Positions 28,299 through 38,507 of a DNA stretch of 64,000 bases are shown piece after piece. Every line of letters starts with the position of its first letter. Position 1 is the stretch's first letter. Source of the DNA: an uncultured Thermotogae bacterium (GTDB lineage Bacteria; Bipolaricaulota; Bipolaricaulia; RBG-16-55-9; DRXL01); NCBI GenBank assembly GCA_964473325.1, contig CAYYOG010000001.1:133694-197693 (forward strand), given 5' to 3'. Below the pieces are notes generated by a model. The model had not been told where the DNA came from and did not search any database. It saw only the letters and a list, made by a program, of their open reading frames with translations. The position numbers and the translations under genes are program-made.

Positions 28299-29255
28299 AT
28301 GAGCTTCCATATTCGCGAGTTCGCTGTTAACGATTACGACGCCATCGCCGAGATTGGCAATGCAATCTACCCCGACTACCGTTACAGCGCCGACGAGATC
28401 CGCTACGACGACGAGCACTTCGATAAAAAATATATCTTCAAACGCTACGTCGCTGAAGTCAATAAGCGCGTCGTAGGCTACGCCGAGTACAATCACATGC
28501 CCAATATGTTCCATCCCCAGAAGTTCTGGGTCTACGTTGGCGTCCACCCCGATTTTCAAAGACATGGCATCGGCCGCGCGCTCTACGAGAGAATCTTGAA
28601 CGATCTACTTGTGCACAAAGTCGTGCGCGCTTTCGCCAGCGCCCGCGAAGATTATCCGCGCAGCATCGCATTCTTGAAGAAGAATGGCTTCTCTGAAACC
28701 CGACGCACCTGGGAATCGCGCTTGACCGTCAAAGACTTTGATTTCTCCAAGTTCGCGCACTATCTCGAAAAGTTCTCAGCCCATGGCTTGACGATCACAA
28801 CGCTCGCTGAAGAACGCCAGCGCGATCCGGATTGCCTCAAGAAACTGCACGAACTCTTCGTCATCATCATGGAGGACGTGCCCCATCCCGATCAGTACAC
28901 GCCTGTGGACTTCGAACATTTTATGCGCTACAGCATAGAGCACCCTGACGCCATCGCTGAGGGATACTTCATTGCCAAGGATGGAGAAAAATACATCGGA
29001 CAGAGCAACTTACGACGGAGCAAGGACGAGCCGAAAGACTTATATCAAGGGCTGACGGGAGTGCGCCGCGAGTATCGCGGCAAGGGCGTCGCGATGGCGC
29101 TCAAGCTCAAGACCGTCGAATACGCTCGCGCGCACGGCTACGACGTCATAAAAACCTGGAACGACAGCACTAACGTCGGGATGCTGGCAATCAACGAGAA
29201 GCTGGGCTTTGTGCGTCAGCCGGCATGGATCACGTTCGCGAAAGAGTTTACATGA
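28299..29255 (+). CDS. GNAT-family N-acetyltransferase (tandem GNAT domains)
   Basis: QRHGIGRALYERI and RGKGVAMAL acetyl-CoA-binding motifs. Starts 9 nt after the tRNA. Confidence 0.75.
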   Translation: MSFHIREFAVNDYDAIAEIGNAIYPDYRYSADEIRYDDEHFDKKYIFKRYVAEVNKRVVGYAEYNHMPNMFHPQKFWVYVGVHPDFQRHGIGRALYERILNDLLVHKVVRAFASAREDYPRSIAFLKKNGFSETRRTWESRLTVKDFDFSKFAHYLEKFSAHGLTITTLAEERQRDPDCLKKLHELFVIIMEDVPHPDQYTPVDFEHFMRYSIEHPDAIAEGYFIAKDGEKYIGQSNLRRSKDEPKDLYQGLTGVRREYRGKGVAMALKLKTVEYARAHGYDVIKTWNDSTNVGMLAINEKLGFVRQPAWITFAKEFT

Positions 29256-30412
29256 CGGCACCCAAGCAGACGACGCTGCCGGTTGTAGAACTTGCGGGCG
29301 CGCCCTACGAGCAGGGGTTGACACACGGCGAGCTCGCACACAAGCTGATCGCCCAGAACTTAGATATTTATTTCTATCGCTTCGAACACGAGACCAAACT
29401 CCCTAAAGCTGAAGTCTTACGCCGTGCTGGGCTGTACTTGCGCGTGATCGAGAAGCTTGCGCCCCAGTATGCTGAAGCAATGCACGGCGTCGCCAAGGGA
29501 TCCCAGAGAGAGCTTCTAGAGATCGCAGCGCTGAATGCGCGTTATGAGCTGATCTACAGCGAAGTAACACAACAGGCCCTCACCTCGCCCTGCGGGCACC
29601 CCTCTCCCGTAGGTCACCACGGGAGAGGGGCCGGGGGTGTGGGCCGCGACGGCTGCACGAGCTTCGCCGTGCTACCACAGAGATCCATGAACGGACACTT
29701 GCTGGTAGCTGAGAACTGGGACTGGATTCCCGACGTTCAGGGCGTAATCTTAAAGATCCGCGAGCCAGGAGCGCCTGAAATTCTTTGTTTTACTGAAGCA
29801 GGGATCGTCGGAGGCAAGATCGGGCTGAACTCTGCAGGCTTAGGGTTGGCTATCAATGGGCTGAACTCAGAGCACGACAATTGGGCGCTGCTGGCCAAGC
29901 CTTTCCATGTGCGCTGCTGGGAGATCTTACGGTGCACAGACTTTGACCAAGCTGTGCGCGTCGTCGCCGAGGGTGAGCGCAGCGTCTCCGCGAACTTTCT
30001 CATCGCTCAAGCGCCCGATAGAGTCATTGATCTTGAGACTGCGCCGACGGGTGTCAGCAGAATTGTTCCCAGAGACGGCTGGCTCGCGCACACAAATCAC
30101 TTTCTCGATTTACGTGCTGCTGGTCTGACACGCAATATTTATACATCCAAGCGCCCCAGCACCGAACAGAGATTGGCTCGCGTCCAGCATCTGCTGCGCA
30201 CAAGCTCTCAGATTTCACTGGAGCGAGCTCTCGAGATCCTGCGCGATCACGATGATTTTCCGTACTCGCTCTGCCGCCATCCCGATGAGAATTTCCCGCC
30301 TGAAGAACGCTATGCGAGCGTTGTCTCAGTCGTGATGGGTTTGCGCGAGCGCGTCTTTATGATCGCGAGCGGGCCGCCGTGCCAGCATGAGTATAGGGTG
30401 CTTCAGCTCTAA
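29252..30412 (+). CDS. Peptidase C45 / acyl-CoA:6-aminopenicillanic-acid acyltransferase-like Ntn hydrolase
   Basis: DGCTSF predicted autoproteolytic Gly-Cys site. ATGA overlap with the GNAT gene. Confidence 0.65.
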   Translation: MTAPKQTTLPVVELAGAPYEQGLTHGELAHKLIAQNLDIYFYRFEHETKLPKAEVLRRAGLYLRVIEKLAPQYAEAMHGVAKGSQRELLEIAALNARYELIYSEVTQQALTSPCGHPSPVGHHGRGAGGVGRDGCTSFAVLPQRSMNGHLLVAENWDWIPDVQGVILKIREPGAPEILCFTEAGIVGGKIGLNSAGLGLAINGLNSEHDNWALLAKPFHVRCWEILRCTDFDQAVRVVAEGERSVSANFLIAQAPDRVIDLETAPTGVSRIVPRDGWLAHTNHFLDLRAAGLTRNIYTSKRPSTEQRLARVQHLLRTSSQISLERALEILRDHDDFPYSLCRHPDENFPPEERYASVVSVVMGLRERVFMIASGPPCQHEYRVLQL

Positions 30413-31239
30413 GAGCCGAGCCCGCTCAGCAGCGCATGAATGTTCTTCCCCAAATCTTCGACGTTATAGCCGCCCTCCAGCACTCCAAACGTCGGCAATC
30501 CTAGTTGCTTGATACGTTGTCCGATGCGAAAATACCCCTCCGTCGTCAGCCCCAGCGACGCCAACGGGTCTTTATAGTATGTGTCAAATCCAGCTGAGAT
30601 CGCGACTTGCTCAACCCCGCTGAGATCTATTGCCGTGAGCGCTTCGTCCAGCGTCTGCAGATAGACTTTGTTCCCGCAATTGAAGGGCAAGGGATAATTA
30701 TAGCAATTCCCCTCCGAGCGCAGGCCTGTCCCCGGATAGTTGGGGAAGCTGTGCAGAGAGATATAAATAACTTGAGGATCGCCGAGGAAGATCGCTTGCG
30801 TGCCATCGCCGTGATGGCCGTCGATGTCGACAATAAGAGTCTTCTTGCCCGAGGCTCTCACAGCAATCGCAATGTTATTAAGATAGCAGAACCCGGCAAC
30901 GCGCTCTTTCGCCGCGTGATGCCCCGGCGGACGCATCAGCGAAAAGCCGTCCAGTTTCATGGCTTGGATCGCTGCTCCCGCTGAGAGCAAGGCGTACTCA
31001 AAGATATTCGGGTATCTGGGGGAGTCGGGGTCGTAGAAGCGCAGCTTCTTGACGTCCTCAACGTGCCTTGGCGAGTGCACACGAAGCACATCTTCTTCAC
31101 GAGCTGGCTCAGCGAAGACGAACTCATAACCCAGCTTGGGATCGCTCAAGAACTCATACGCGTGGACAAGCCGTTCGGGGCTTTCCGGATGCCCAGGAGC
31201 ACCATATTCTAAACACTTGGGATGCCAAACGATCTTCAT
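30409..31239 (-). CDS. Histone-deacetylase-family amidohydrolase (AcuC/HDAH-like)
   Basis: RPPGHHA, DIDGHHGDGTQ and SLHSFP zinc-dependent HDAC motifs. Confidence 0.8.
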   Translation of the reverse strand: MKIVWHPKCLEYGAPGHPESPERLVHAYEFLSDPKLGYEFVFAEPAREEDVLRVHSPRHVEDVKKLRFYDPDSPRYPNIFEYALLSAGAAIQAMKLDGFSLMRPPGHHAAKERVAGFCYLNNIAIAVRASGKKTLIVDIDGHHGDGTQAIFLGDPQVIYISLHSFPNYPGTGLRSEGNCYNYPLPFNCGNKVYLQTLDEALTAIDLSGVEQVAISAGFDTYYKDPLASLGLTTEGYFRIGQRIKQLGLPTFGVLEGGYNVEDLGKNIHALLSGLGS

Positions 31240-31265
31240 CGCCCGCCATTATACCCAGTCTTGCT

Positions 31266-31706
31266 TCACGATTGCACTTCGGAGGTACAATAAGGACAAC
31301 GCGTCGCGCGGATAGAGATCACTGAGAAGCAATAGGGGCACTCTCTCGTAGTCGGGGCCGCAGGCGCGGGCTCAGGCGGTCGTCTTAAGCGATTGATCTG
31401 TCGAATCACTAAGAAGACCGCGAACGCCACGATCATAAAGTCGAGCACCGTATTGAGAAAGACCCCATAGTTGATCGTCGGAGCTCCCGCAGCCTTAGCC
31501 TCAGCCAGTGATGCATAGGGCTCTCCAGAGAGATTGATAAACAGATTCGAGAAATCGACTCTCCCCAAGAGCAACCCAATAGGTGGCATGAGAATATCGT
31601 TGACGAACGAGCTGACGATCTTGCCGAAGGCCACACCAATGATGATCCCGACGGCCATGTCCAGCACGTTGCCGCGCATCGCGAACTCTTTGAACTCCTT
31701 GAGCAT
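31266..31706 (-). CDS. mscL: Large-conductance mechanosensitive channel MscL with a C-terminal CPYC...CPYC zinc-ribbon-like tail
   Basis: [31 protein letters not shown], the MscL TM1 signature. A GGAGG ribosome-binding site is present. The C-terminus ends [19 protein letters not shown]. Confidence 0.8.
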   Translation of the reverse strand: MLKEFKEFAMRGNVLDMAVGIIIGVAFGKIVSSFVNDILMPPIGLLLGRVDFSNLFINLSGEPYASLAEAKAAGAPTINYGVFLNTVLDFMIVAFAVFLVIRQINRLRRPPEPAPAAPTTRECPYCFSVISIRATRCPYCTSEVQS

Positions 31707-31777
31707 AGCGACCTCCTCAGATATAAGATAGGGTGAGTGTAGAAAAAGTTCCACAGAGCTGTCAAATAGTGACGCGA

Positions 31778-31806
31778 TTGACAGAGCGCAAAGCTTGGGA
31801 TAAACT
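31778..31806 (+). promoter_or_regulatory. Putative sigma70 promoter for tRNA-Ser(GGA)
   Basis: TTGACA (31778-83), a 17-nt spacer, then TAAACT (31801-06). Lies about 15 nt upstream of the tRNA 5' end. Confidence 0.45.
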
Positions 31807-31820
31807 TTTATTGACAATCT

Positions 31821-31985
<165 letters not shown>

Positions 31986-32118
31986 TCGGCTCGCTGCGGA
32001 GCGGCGGCGCAGGCCGTCAAACCCCGCCAGGCCCGGAAGGGAGCAACGGTAAGATGTCTCCTGCGGGCGCCGTTTCTGGAGCGGGCCGGCCCGAGTTGAT
32101 TTCCTAAAAGGAGGACCT

Positions 32119-33321
32119 ATGCCATCTATCAGTTGGCGAGCGAAAATCGTTCAGGCTTCGCCTATTCGGAAGCTCAAACCCCTCGCTGACCAAGCCAAAC
32201 ATGCCGGGAAGAGAGTCTATCACTTAAATATTGGGCAACCCGATATCCCTACGCCCAAAGAGTACTTTGACGGCATCCGCCAGGCTGCGCAGGGCGTTCT
32301 CGCGTACAGCCCTTCCCAAGGGCTGGAGGAAGCTCTCGACGCACTCATCGAGTACTATCGCACGTTCGACATCGCGCTCACGCGCGACGAGATGATCATC
32401 ACGACTGGTGGCAGCGAAGCGATCACGTTCGCGTTCTTAGCTGTCACGGACGTTGGCGATCAGATCTTGGTTCCTGAGCCGTACTATACGAACTATAACT
32501 CCTATGCGCAGATCACGGGGATCCAGATCGTGCCCATCGAGACAAGGGCTGAAGACGGCTTTCGCCTGCCAGAGAGAAAATCTATAGAGAGCAAGATCAC
32601 CTCTAAGACCAAAGCAATACTCTTCTGCAATCCGGGCAACCCTACGGGTGTCGTCTACACTAAAGCCGAGCTTGAAATGCTGGCGGAGATCGCACGCCAG
32701 CATAGTCTCTATCTGATCGCTGACGAAGTCTATCGCGAGTTCACATATGACGGTGCGCAAGCGATCAGCGTCCTGCAGCTTTCGGGCATAGAAGACCGTG
32801 CGATCTTGGTCGACAGCATCTCGAAGAGATTTTCCGCGTGTGGGGCGCGCATTGGCGTGATCGCCAGTAAGAATCCATCAGTGATGGAGTCGGCGCTGAA
32901 GTTCGCGCAAGCGCGGCTGTCGCCGCCGACTCTGGAACAGTACGGGCTGATCCATCTCTTGAAGTCCTCGCAGTATCGGGATTTTATACGCGAGATGATC
33001 GCGGAGTTCGCGCGGCGCAGAGACTTAGTCTACGCTGAACTGCAAAAGATGTCCGGAGTTATCTCTGTCAAGCCCCAAGGGGCGTTTTATGTGACCGCGA
33101 AGCTCCCCGTCGAGGATGCCGAGCACTTTGCGCGCTGGCTCCTGACAGACTTTGCTTTAGAGAACGAGACGGTGATGCTTGCGCCGGCAGCAGAGTTCTA
33201 CGCGACTCCGGGGAAGGGCCGCGACGAAGTGAGAATCGCGTATGTGCTCAATGTAGACGCGCTCAAGCGCGCGATGAGAGTCTTGCGTGAGGGGCTGATG
33301 AGCTACACAAAGACCCGGTGA
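32119..33321 (+). CDS. PLP-dependent aminotransferase (class I, aspartate/aromatic family)
   Basis: 400 aa. [15 protein letters not shown]-lysine region. Confidence 0.8.
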   Translation: MPSISWRAKIVQASPIRKLKPLADQAKHAGKRVYHLNIGQPDIPTPKEYFDGIRQAAQGVLAYSPSQGLEEALDALIEYYRTFDIALTRDEMIITTGGSEAITFAFLAVTDVGDQILVPEPYYTNYNSYAQITGIQIVPIETRAEDGFRLPERKSIESKITSKTKAILFCNPGNPTGVVYTKAELEMLAEIARQHSLYLIADEVYREFTYDGAQAISVLQLSGIEDRAILVDSISKRFSACGARIGVIASKNPSVMESALKFAQARLSPPTLEQYGLIHLLKSSQYRDFIREMIAEFARRRDLVYAELQKMSGVISVKPQGAFYVTAKLPVEDAEHFARWLLTDFALENETVMLAPAAEFYATPGKGRDEVRIAYVLNVDALKRAMRVLREGLMSYTKTR

Positions 33322-35289
33322 TCACTCGGTTTTGATCTGCCAGAGCGCCACGCCGTCGTCACCGCCGGAGGCTAGGTATTTGCCGTCTGGCGAAATAGCA
33401 AGGGCTCTGTTCTCACTGGTATGCCCTTGAAAAGAGCCAACCCACTCGTCACTTTCAAGATCCCACAGCTTGATCGTGCTCCCTTCCGCAATGGCCAAGA
33501 CCTTCTTGCTAGGGACAAAGGCTACTGCTTTATTCAAATAACGCGACTCTGCTTGATAGCTACGTACCTCCTGACCATCTGAAACTTTCCAAATCTTAAT
33601 ACCATAAGAACCATAATCGTATTCAATAGAGGCCGCAACAAGCTGGCCATCAGATGAAAAAGCCACAGCACAACCTGCTGAGCAATAGCGATTCCTAAGG
33701 AGCGTGCGCACCTCTTTGCCATCACGAGCGTTATAGAGCATCACACCGTCCCCGTTGACAGCAAGAAGCTCACTATCCGGCGAGAAGGCGATCCCTGTTC
33801 CTCGAATCCATTGAATCCATGGGACAAAGAGCTTGCTGCCATCTGAGACCTTCCAGACCTCAAGTCGATCAGCACAAACAGCTGCCAAGAGCGTTCCATC
33901 TGGTGAGAAAGCGAGCGAACGATTTATTATGGAAAAACTACAGGAGAGAGAGCGCACACGCTTTCCATCTTTGACTCGCCAGAGCGTGATGGCTTTCGTT
34001 TCAGCCACGGCCAAGAGCTGGCCGTCAGGAGAGAAGGCCAATGCATATCCCGACGTGGGCAGCATTCCCACAAGACGACCCTCAGGCATCTGCCATAGTT
34101 TCACGCCTTCCGCCGGATACGAAAACGAAGTGGCCAGCAAGGTACCATCAGGGGAGAAAGCAAGCGATTCTATTCCTTCCCAAATTGTTCTGAGAACATG
34201 AACGCCTCCAAGATTCAGCTTCAAAGACTTATCAGAGATCTGCCAGAGCTTGAGCGTTGCACCTCCTGAGGCTAAATATTTCCCGTCGGGGGAGAACACC
34301 AGGGGCATACCCGCTTGCCAATTAAGCCGCCCCAGAAACCGTCCCTCAGGACTCCAGAGCTTGATGGTCCCCCCAGAGCTTGACGCGAGCAGATCACCTT
34401 GTGGCGAAAAGAGCACGTTAGGGGGCAATTGCGCTTTGCGATGAGCAGAGATAGTCCGCACGAGACTCCCCTCAGGCAAACGCCACAACTTGATAACCCC
34501 GTCTGGAGTTGCGGACGCAAGCAGCGATCCTCCTATGGAGAGGTTAACAGGACCAAAAGCTGGTTCTTTTATCGTAAACAGCTCTGCTCCGTCGCTCACC
34601 CTCCAAACCCTAACAGTGCCACTTGTGAAGCTGCTGGAGGCTATCAGTTGCCCATCATCGGAGAACTCCACGAAATTTCTATAGCCGAGATACCCTGTAG
34701 GGATAGCCCTTTCTTGGCCAGTTTCGATCTCCCACATTTTAAGGGTGTTTTCGTATTCAAAAGCGAGCCAGCGCCCATCGGGTGAGAAGGCAGCTCTCCC
34801 ACATAAGGACTTGCACGGAAATCTCTGTACAGTCTCCCCGGTGGCGAGGCTCCAGAGTCGAATCTCTTTGCCATCATCATCTCCAGAAGCCAAAAACCGC
34901 CCATCGGGCGAAAAATCGACCCATTCGATTCGGCGCTTATGTCCTGCCAACATGCGTACCAAGCTGCCGTCTTGCGCGCGGAAGATCCCGATCACCCCAA
35001 AGCCCATTGGTACTGCTATAAACTCTCCATCGGGAGAGAACGCTGCGCTCCACGCCAAAAGCCGAGGCTTGATCCACACCGCACCGCGCAGCCAGTCCTC
35101 ACTCGCTTCTACGGGAACCGATACAGGCTGATCGAACAGATACGTGATCGGCTTGGTCTGCCGGGGCTTTTCGATCCAAACCTGTACCTGAAAGATCATA
35201 TAGATCGTGAAAAATACCAATAAAACGACAAGTCCCCAAGGCCGTCGCTTCCGTTGTTGTTCGAGCTGCATATCAATTCTCCCCTGCAC
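33322..35289 (-). CDS. Membrane-anchored WD40 repeat (beta-propeller) protein
   Basis: 655 aa. N-terminal TM helix (WGLVVLLVFFTIYMIF). More than 12 repeats of FSPDG...LAS...D..IKLW. Confidence 0.75.
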   Translation of the reverse strand: MQGRIDMQLEQQRKRRPWGLVVLLVFFTIYMIFQVQVWIEKPRQTKPITYLFDQPVSVPVEASEDWLRGAVWIKPRLLAWSAAFSPDGEFIAVPMGFGVIGIFRAQDGSLVRMLAGHKRRIEWVDFSPDGRFLASGDDDGKEIRLWSLATGETVQRFPCKSLCGRAAFSPDGRWLAFEYENTLKMWEIETGQERAIPTGYLGYRNFVEFSDDGQLIASSSFTSGTVRVWRVSDGAELFTIKEPAFGPVNLSIGGSLLASATPDGVIKLWRLPEGSLVRTISAHRKAQLPPNVLFSPQGDLLASSSGGTIKLWSPEGRFLGRLNWQAGMPLVFSPDGKYLASGGATLKLWQISDKSLKLNLGGVHVLRTIWEGIESLAFSPDGTLLATSFSYPAEGVKLWQMPEGRLVGMLPTSGYALAFSPDGQLLAVAETKAITLWRVKDGKRVRSLSCSFSIINRSLAFSPDGTLLAAVCADRLEVWKVSDGSKLFVPWIQWIRGTGIAFSPDSELLAVNGDGVMLYNARDGKEVRTLLRNRYCSAGCAVAFSSDGQLVAASIEYDYGSYGIKIWKVSDGQEVRSYQAESRYLNKAVAFVPSKKVLAIAEGSTIKLWDLESDEWVGSFQGHTSENRALAISPDGKYLASGGDDGVALWQIKTE

Positions 35290-35293
35290 AAAG

Positions 35294-35299
35294 TATAAT
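35294..35299 (+). promoter_or_regulatory. Consensus -10 box (TATAAT) upstream of tlyA
   Basis: TATAAT lies 30 nt upstream of the ATG at 35329, in the 39-nt divergent gap. Confidence 0.4.
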
Positions 35300-35328
35300 G
35301 AGCTAGCGCAGGTGATTCAAACAAGACC

Positions 35329-36123
35329 ATGACGAAGCAGCGCCTTGATCTTCTGCTTACAGATCGCGGGCTGTTCAATTCGCGCGCCCAAGCGCAGCGT
35401 GCTATAGCTGCAGGGCTGGTACTCGTCAACGGGCAGATTATAGACAAACCCGGCGCTCAAGTGCCCGTCGATGCCCACATCGAAGTTAAAGAGAAATCGC
35501 GCTATGTCAGCCAGGGTGGCCTCAAGCTCGAACATGCGCTTCGGGTCTTTCACATAGACGTCACGGATAAGATCTGTCTTGATGTCGGTGCTTCGACTGG
35601 AGGGTTCACAGACTGTCTGCTCCAGCACGGCGCAAAAAGAGTCTATGCTGTGGACGTCGGCAAGGGACAACTCGATTGGAAGCTGCGCACCGATCACAGA
35701 GTCATTGTTTTAGAGGAGATCAACGCTCGGTATTTGAAGCCCGAACAGATCGGCGAACTTGTCGACATCGCGACTGTGGACGTCTCGTTCATCTCGCTCA
35801 AGTTAATATTGCCCCCGCTGAAAGAGATCATGAAACCCAAGAGCGATCTGATATGTCTGGTCAAGCCCCAGTTTGAAGCGGGCCGAGAGCACGTCCGGCG
35901 CGGCGGGGTCGTCAAAGATTATTTCACTCATCAGCGCGTCTTGGAAGACCTCGCGCGCTTCGTACAAGATCAGTTGCAGCTCTCGGTCGTGAACGCGACG
36001 CACTCCTCCATCAGAGGCCCCGCAGGGAATATCGAGTTTTTTATGCACATCGTGAGCGAGCCACACCAGAGCGCGCCCATAGACTGGGCACGATTGGTCG
36101 AACACGCCCATAAAGAATTATAA
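35329..36123 (+). CDS. tlyA: TlyA-family rRNA 2'-O-methyltransferase (S4 domain plus FtsJ-like methyltransferase)
   Basis: MTKQRLDLLLTDRGLF... S4 domain. VGASTGGFTD SAM motif. Confidence 0.85.
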   Translation: MTKQRLDLLLTDRGLFNSRAQAQRAIAAGLVLVNGQIIDKPGAQVPVDAHIEVKEKSRYVSQGGLKLEHALRVFHIDVTDKICLDVGASTGGFTDCLLQHGAKRVYAVDVGKGQLDWKLRTDHRVIVLEEINARYLKPEQIGELVDIATVDVSFISLKLILPPLKEIMKPKSDLICLVKPQFEAGREHVRRGGVVKDYFTHQRVLEDLARFVQDQLQLSVVNATHSSIRGPAGNIEFFMHIVSEPHQSAPIDWARLVEHAHKEL

Positions 36124-36130
36124 TAGCTCT

Positions 36131-36820
36131 ATGGCCCAACTCGTCTTCGACATCGAAACCGTAGGACTGCCCCTCGAGTCTTTCGATGAAGCTCAGAGAG
36201 AATATCTTTTGAGATGGGCCGAGCGCGAGGAGACCCCGGAGCGCCAAGAGCGCAAGCGCGAAGAGCTGATCGCTCAGTTCAATCTTTACCCGTTCACGGC
36301 CCAGGTCGTCGCCATCGCGATGCTCAACGTTGAAAGCCATAAAGGGCGTGTCTACTATCAAGCCCCAACCAAAGAGTCCTGGCGCTCCGAAGATACTCTC
36401 ATTGAATACGAGTCGGGCAGCGAAGCAGAGATTCTGAAGAGATTCTGGGAGGATGTGCGCCCTTACAAACAGCTCATCACGTTCAATGGCCGGGGCTTCG
36501 ACTGCCCATTTCTGATGCTGCGCTCGGCAATTTTGGCCATCAAGCCCAGTCGAAATTTGATGCTCTCGCGCTTCGACAGCGAGCACATAGATCTCTTAGA
36601 GCAATTGACGTTCCACGGCGTGACCCGACGGTTCAGCCTTGATTTTTACTGTCGAGCCTTCGGTATCCCCAGTCCCAAGGGGCGCCTCTCCGGGCCGCAG
36701 ATGAACCAGCTCTTCGCTGAGGGCAAATACCGTGAGATCGCCCAGTACTGTTTCGATGACGTGCGCGCCACGGCTGAACTCTACCAACGTTGGCGCGAAT
36801 TCTTAAGCTTTGAAGGCTAA
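36131..36820 (+). CDS. RNase H-like 3'-5' exonuclease (PolB exonuclease-domain-like / YprB family)
   Basis: FDIETVGL Exo I motif and later acidic motifs. Confidence 0.6.
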   Translation: MAQLVFDIETVGLPLESFDEAQREYLLRWAEREETPERQERKREELIAQFNLYPFTAQVVAIAMLNVESHKGRVYYQAPTKESWRSEDTLIEYESGSEAEILKRFWEDVRPYKQLITFNGRGFDCPFLMLRSAILAIKPSRNLMLSRFDSEHIDLLEQLTFHGVTRRFSLDFYCRAFGIPSPKGRLSGPQMNQLFAEGKYREIAQYCFDDVRATAELYQRWREFLSFEG

Positions 36821-36833
36821 GCGAACTCACAGA

Positions 36834-37445
36834 ATGCTGATAGTTTGTCTTGCCGGAGGCATTGCTACGGGCAAGAGCCTCGTCGCCCAAGAAGCCGCGA
36901 AACTGCCCGGCGTCACTGTTATTGATGCCGACAAGGTCGCCTGGGAGACGTACAGAAAAGATACGGAGACATACCGAAAGCTTGTCGCACGCTTCGGCGA
37001 ACAGATTCTCTCAGAGGGCGGCGAGATCGATCGAAAAACGCTGGGCGCGCTCGTCTTCTCCAATTCAGAAGCGCGGGAATTTGTGAATGCAACGGTGCAC
37101 CCGGCTGTCCAAGAAGCGCTGGAGAAGCTCGCCGAGGCGCATCGTGTTCAGGGCACCAAGCTCTTAGTCATAGAAGCAGCTCTTGTGCTCGAATCGCCCT
37201 ATGTCCGGCGCGATTTTTTTGATTATATTATTTTGGTGAGCGCCCCGCGCGAAGCGCAAATTCAAAGACTGATCGAGCGCAGCGGGCTCTCTCCTGACGA
37301 GGCGCGCCGGCGCGTCGAAGCCCAGACGCCCTCAGAACTGCTCGCTCCCAAAGCCGACTTCGTGCTCGACACATCGGGTACTATCGAGGAGACACGCGAG
37401 CGCGCGCGAGCGCTCTTTAGGGAACTGCTTGCCTGCGCTGGGTGA
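36834..37445 (+). CDS. coaE: Dephospho-CoA kinase
   Basis: MLIVCLAGGIATGKSLV P-loop. CoaE fold. Confidence 0.85.
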   Translation: MLIVCLAGGIATGKSLVAQEAAKLPGVTVIDADKVAWETYRKDTETYRKLVARFGEQILSEGGEIDRKTLGALVFSNSEAREFVNATVHPAVQEALEKLAEAHRVQGTKLLVIEAALVLESPYVRRDFFDYIILVSAPREAQIQRLIERSGLSPDEARRRVEAQTPSELLAPKADFVLDTSGTIEETRERARALFRELLACAG

Positions 37446-37740
37446 TCTCCGTTACACGCCCATGTCCCCAGGAAAAGTTCTCGGTTCACGCTCCTGAGGC
37501 AGACATGGCTCCTCTCTTGTGCTGTGAGGGACTCTTATACTGGAGCCATCTTCTAAACATTGGCGGAAACCTCCGATCAGCAGCCCCCTGGCTCACGCAC
37601 GGCCGGGGGGTCGCTCTTTTTAAGTGAGAAGCCGAAGGCCTCACAGTAACCTGTGTCACTATCTTGAGTGCCGGACTTCGTCACGACAGAGGGCCGTTCT
37701 CTTTTGAGTTGAGCCTCGCTTCACATAAGATGACCACGCT

Positions 37741-38355
37741 ATGAAGAAGACCAAGCGGGCACAACGCGGGAGCGTCTTGTTGCTCATCATCGCGATGATG
37801 GTGCTTATGGGGTGGTCCGTCTCCCAGCCCATGCCCCAGCAGCCCTCCGCCTTGCCGCCTGGGACCGCTCCAGCGAAACTCACCGAGCCTGCGCCATCCC
37901 CCCACCATGACAGTGGGAATGGCTCGGACTTCATCGACCCGCAGCGCTTCCCCGCTCGACCCCCGGCCCATAGATCGGCGCAGAGTTCCAAGACGATAGA
38001 GACTCCCGCTATCATTCCTGGGCGCGCCGTCCACCTTGACCCCACAGGCTCACTCACCGTTCCGCTCTCGGGACGGATTGAGTTCGTCGTAACCCTCACA
38101 AATCTTGAGAGAGAGGACTGGCAAGTCATCGGCGAGCTCTACGTCACCAAAGGCGATGGCAGAACCGAAAAGCTCTTCGGCCCACGGGCCATCCGCCTTG
38201 GGCCCACCCAGCGCCTGCGCCTGCCTGTAGGCTTTACTGCCAACCCCAAGCGCTTTCCCCCTGGCCCCACCCAATTCCTCGCCGTTCTCAAAGACCAGAG
38301 CGGCAAAGCCATCGACCAGGCGATCATCACGTTTAACATCAAGCCTGGACAGTGA
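37741..38355 (+). CDS. Hypothetical secreted protein
   Basis: Signal peptide LLLIIAMMVLMGWSVS. Pro-rich linker then a beta-rich domain. Confidence 0.5.
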   Translation: MKKTKRAQRGSVLLLIIAMMVLMGWSVSQPMPQQPSALPPGTAPAKLTEPAPSPHHDSGNGSDFIDPQRFPARPPAHRSAQSSKTIETPAIIPGRAVHLDPTGSLTVPLSGRIEFVVTLTNLEREDWQVIGELYVTKGDGRTEKLFGPRAIRLGPTQRLRLPVGFTANPKRFPPGPTQFLAVLKDQSGKAIDQAIITFNIKPGQ

Positions 38356-38507
38356 CGCCCAGCCCTAACCAAATCCCATCACGTCCAAAAACAATCCAGA
38401 TCAGTTCATTCCCCGAAATTTGATGAAGAGCAGTTTTTCATATGTCATAAATCATTGAGTTTCTCGCTCTAGCGACGCTAGGATGGACTTGACGGGAGCT
38501 GATCCTC

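Noticed and set aside
37446-37740. 295-nt intergenic region scanned for a structured ncRNA (SRP RNA, 6S, RNase P)
   Set aside because: No conserved motifs such as the SRP AGGUCCGGAAGGAAGCAGC were recognisable. Only a weak G-rich stem followed by a T-run (about 37600-37625) appears, and it may be a terminator for coaE.
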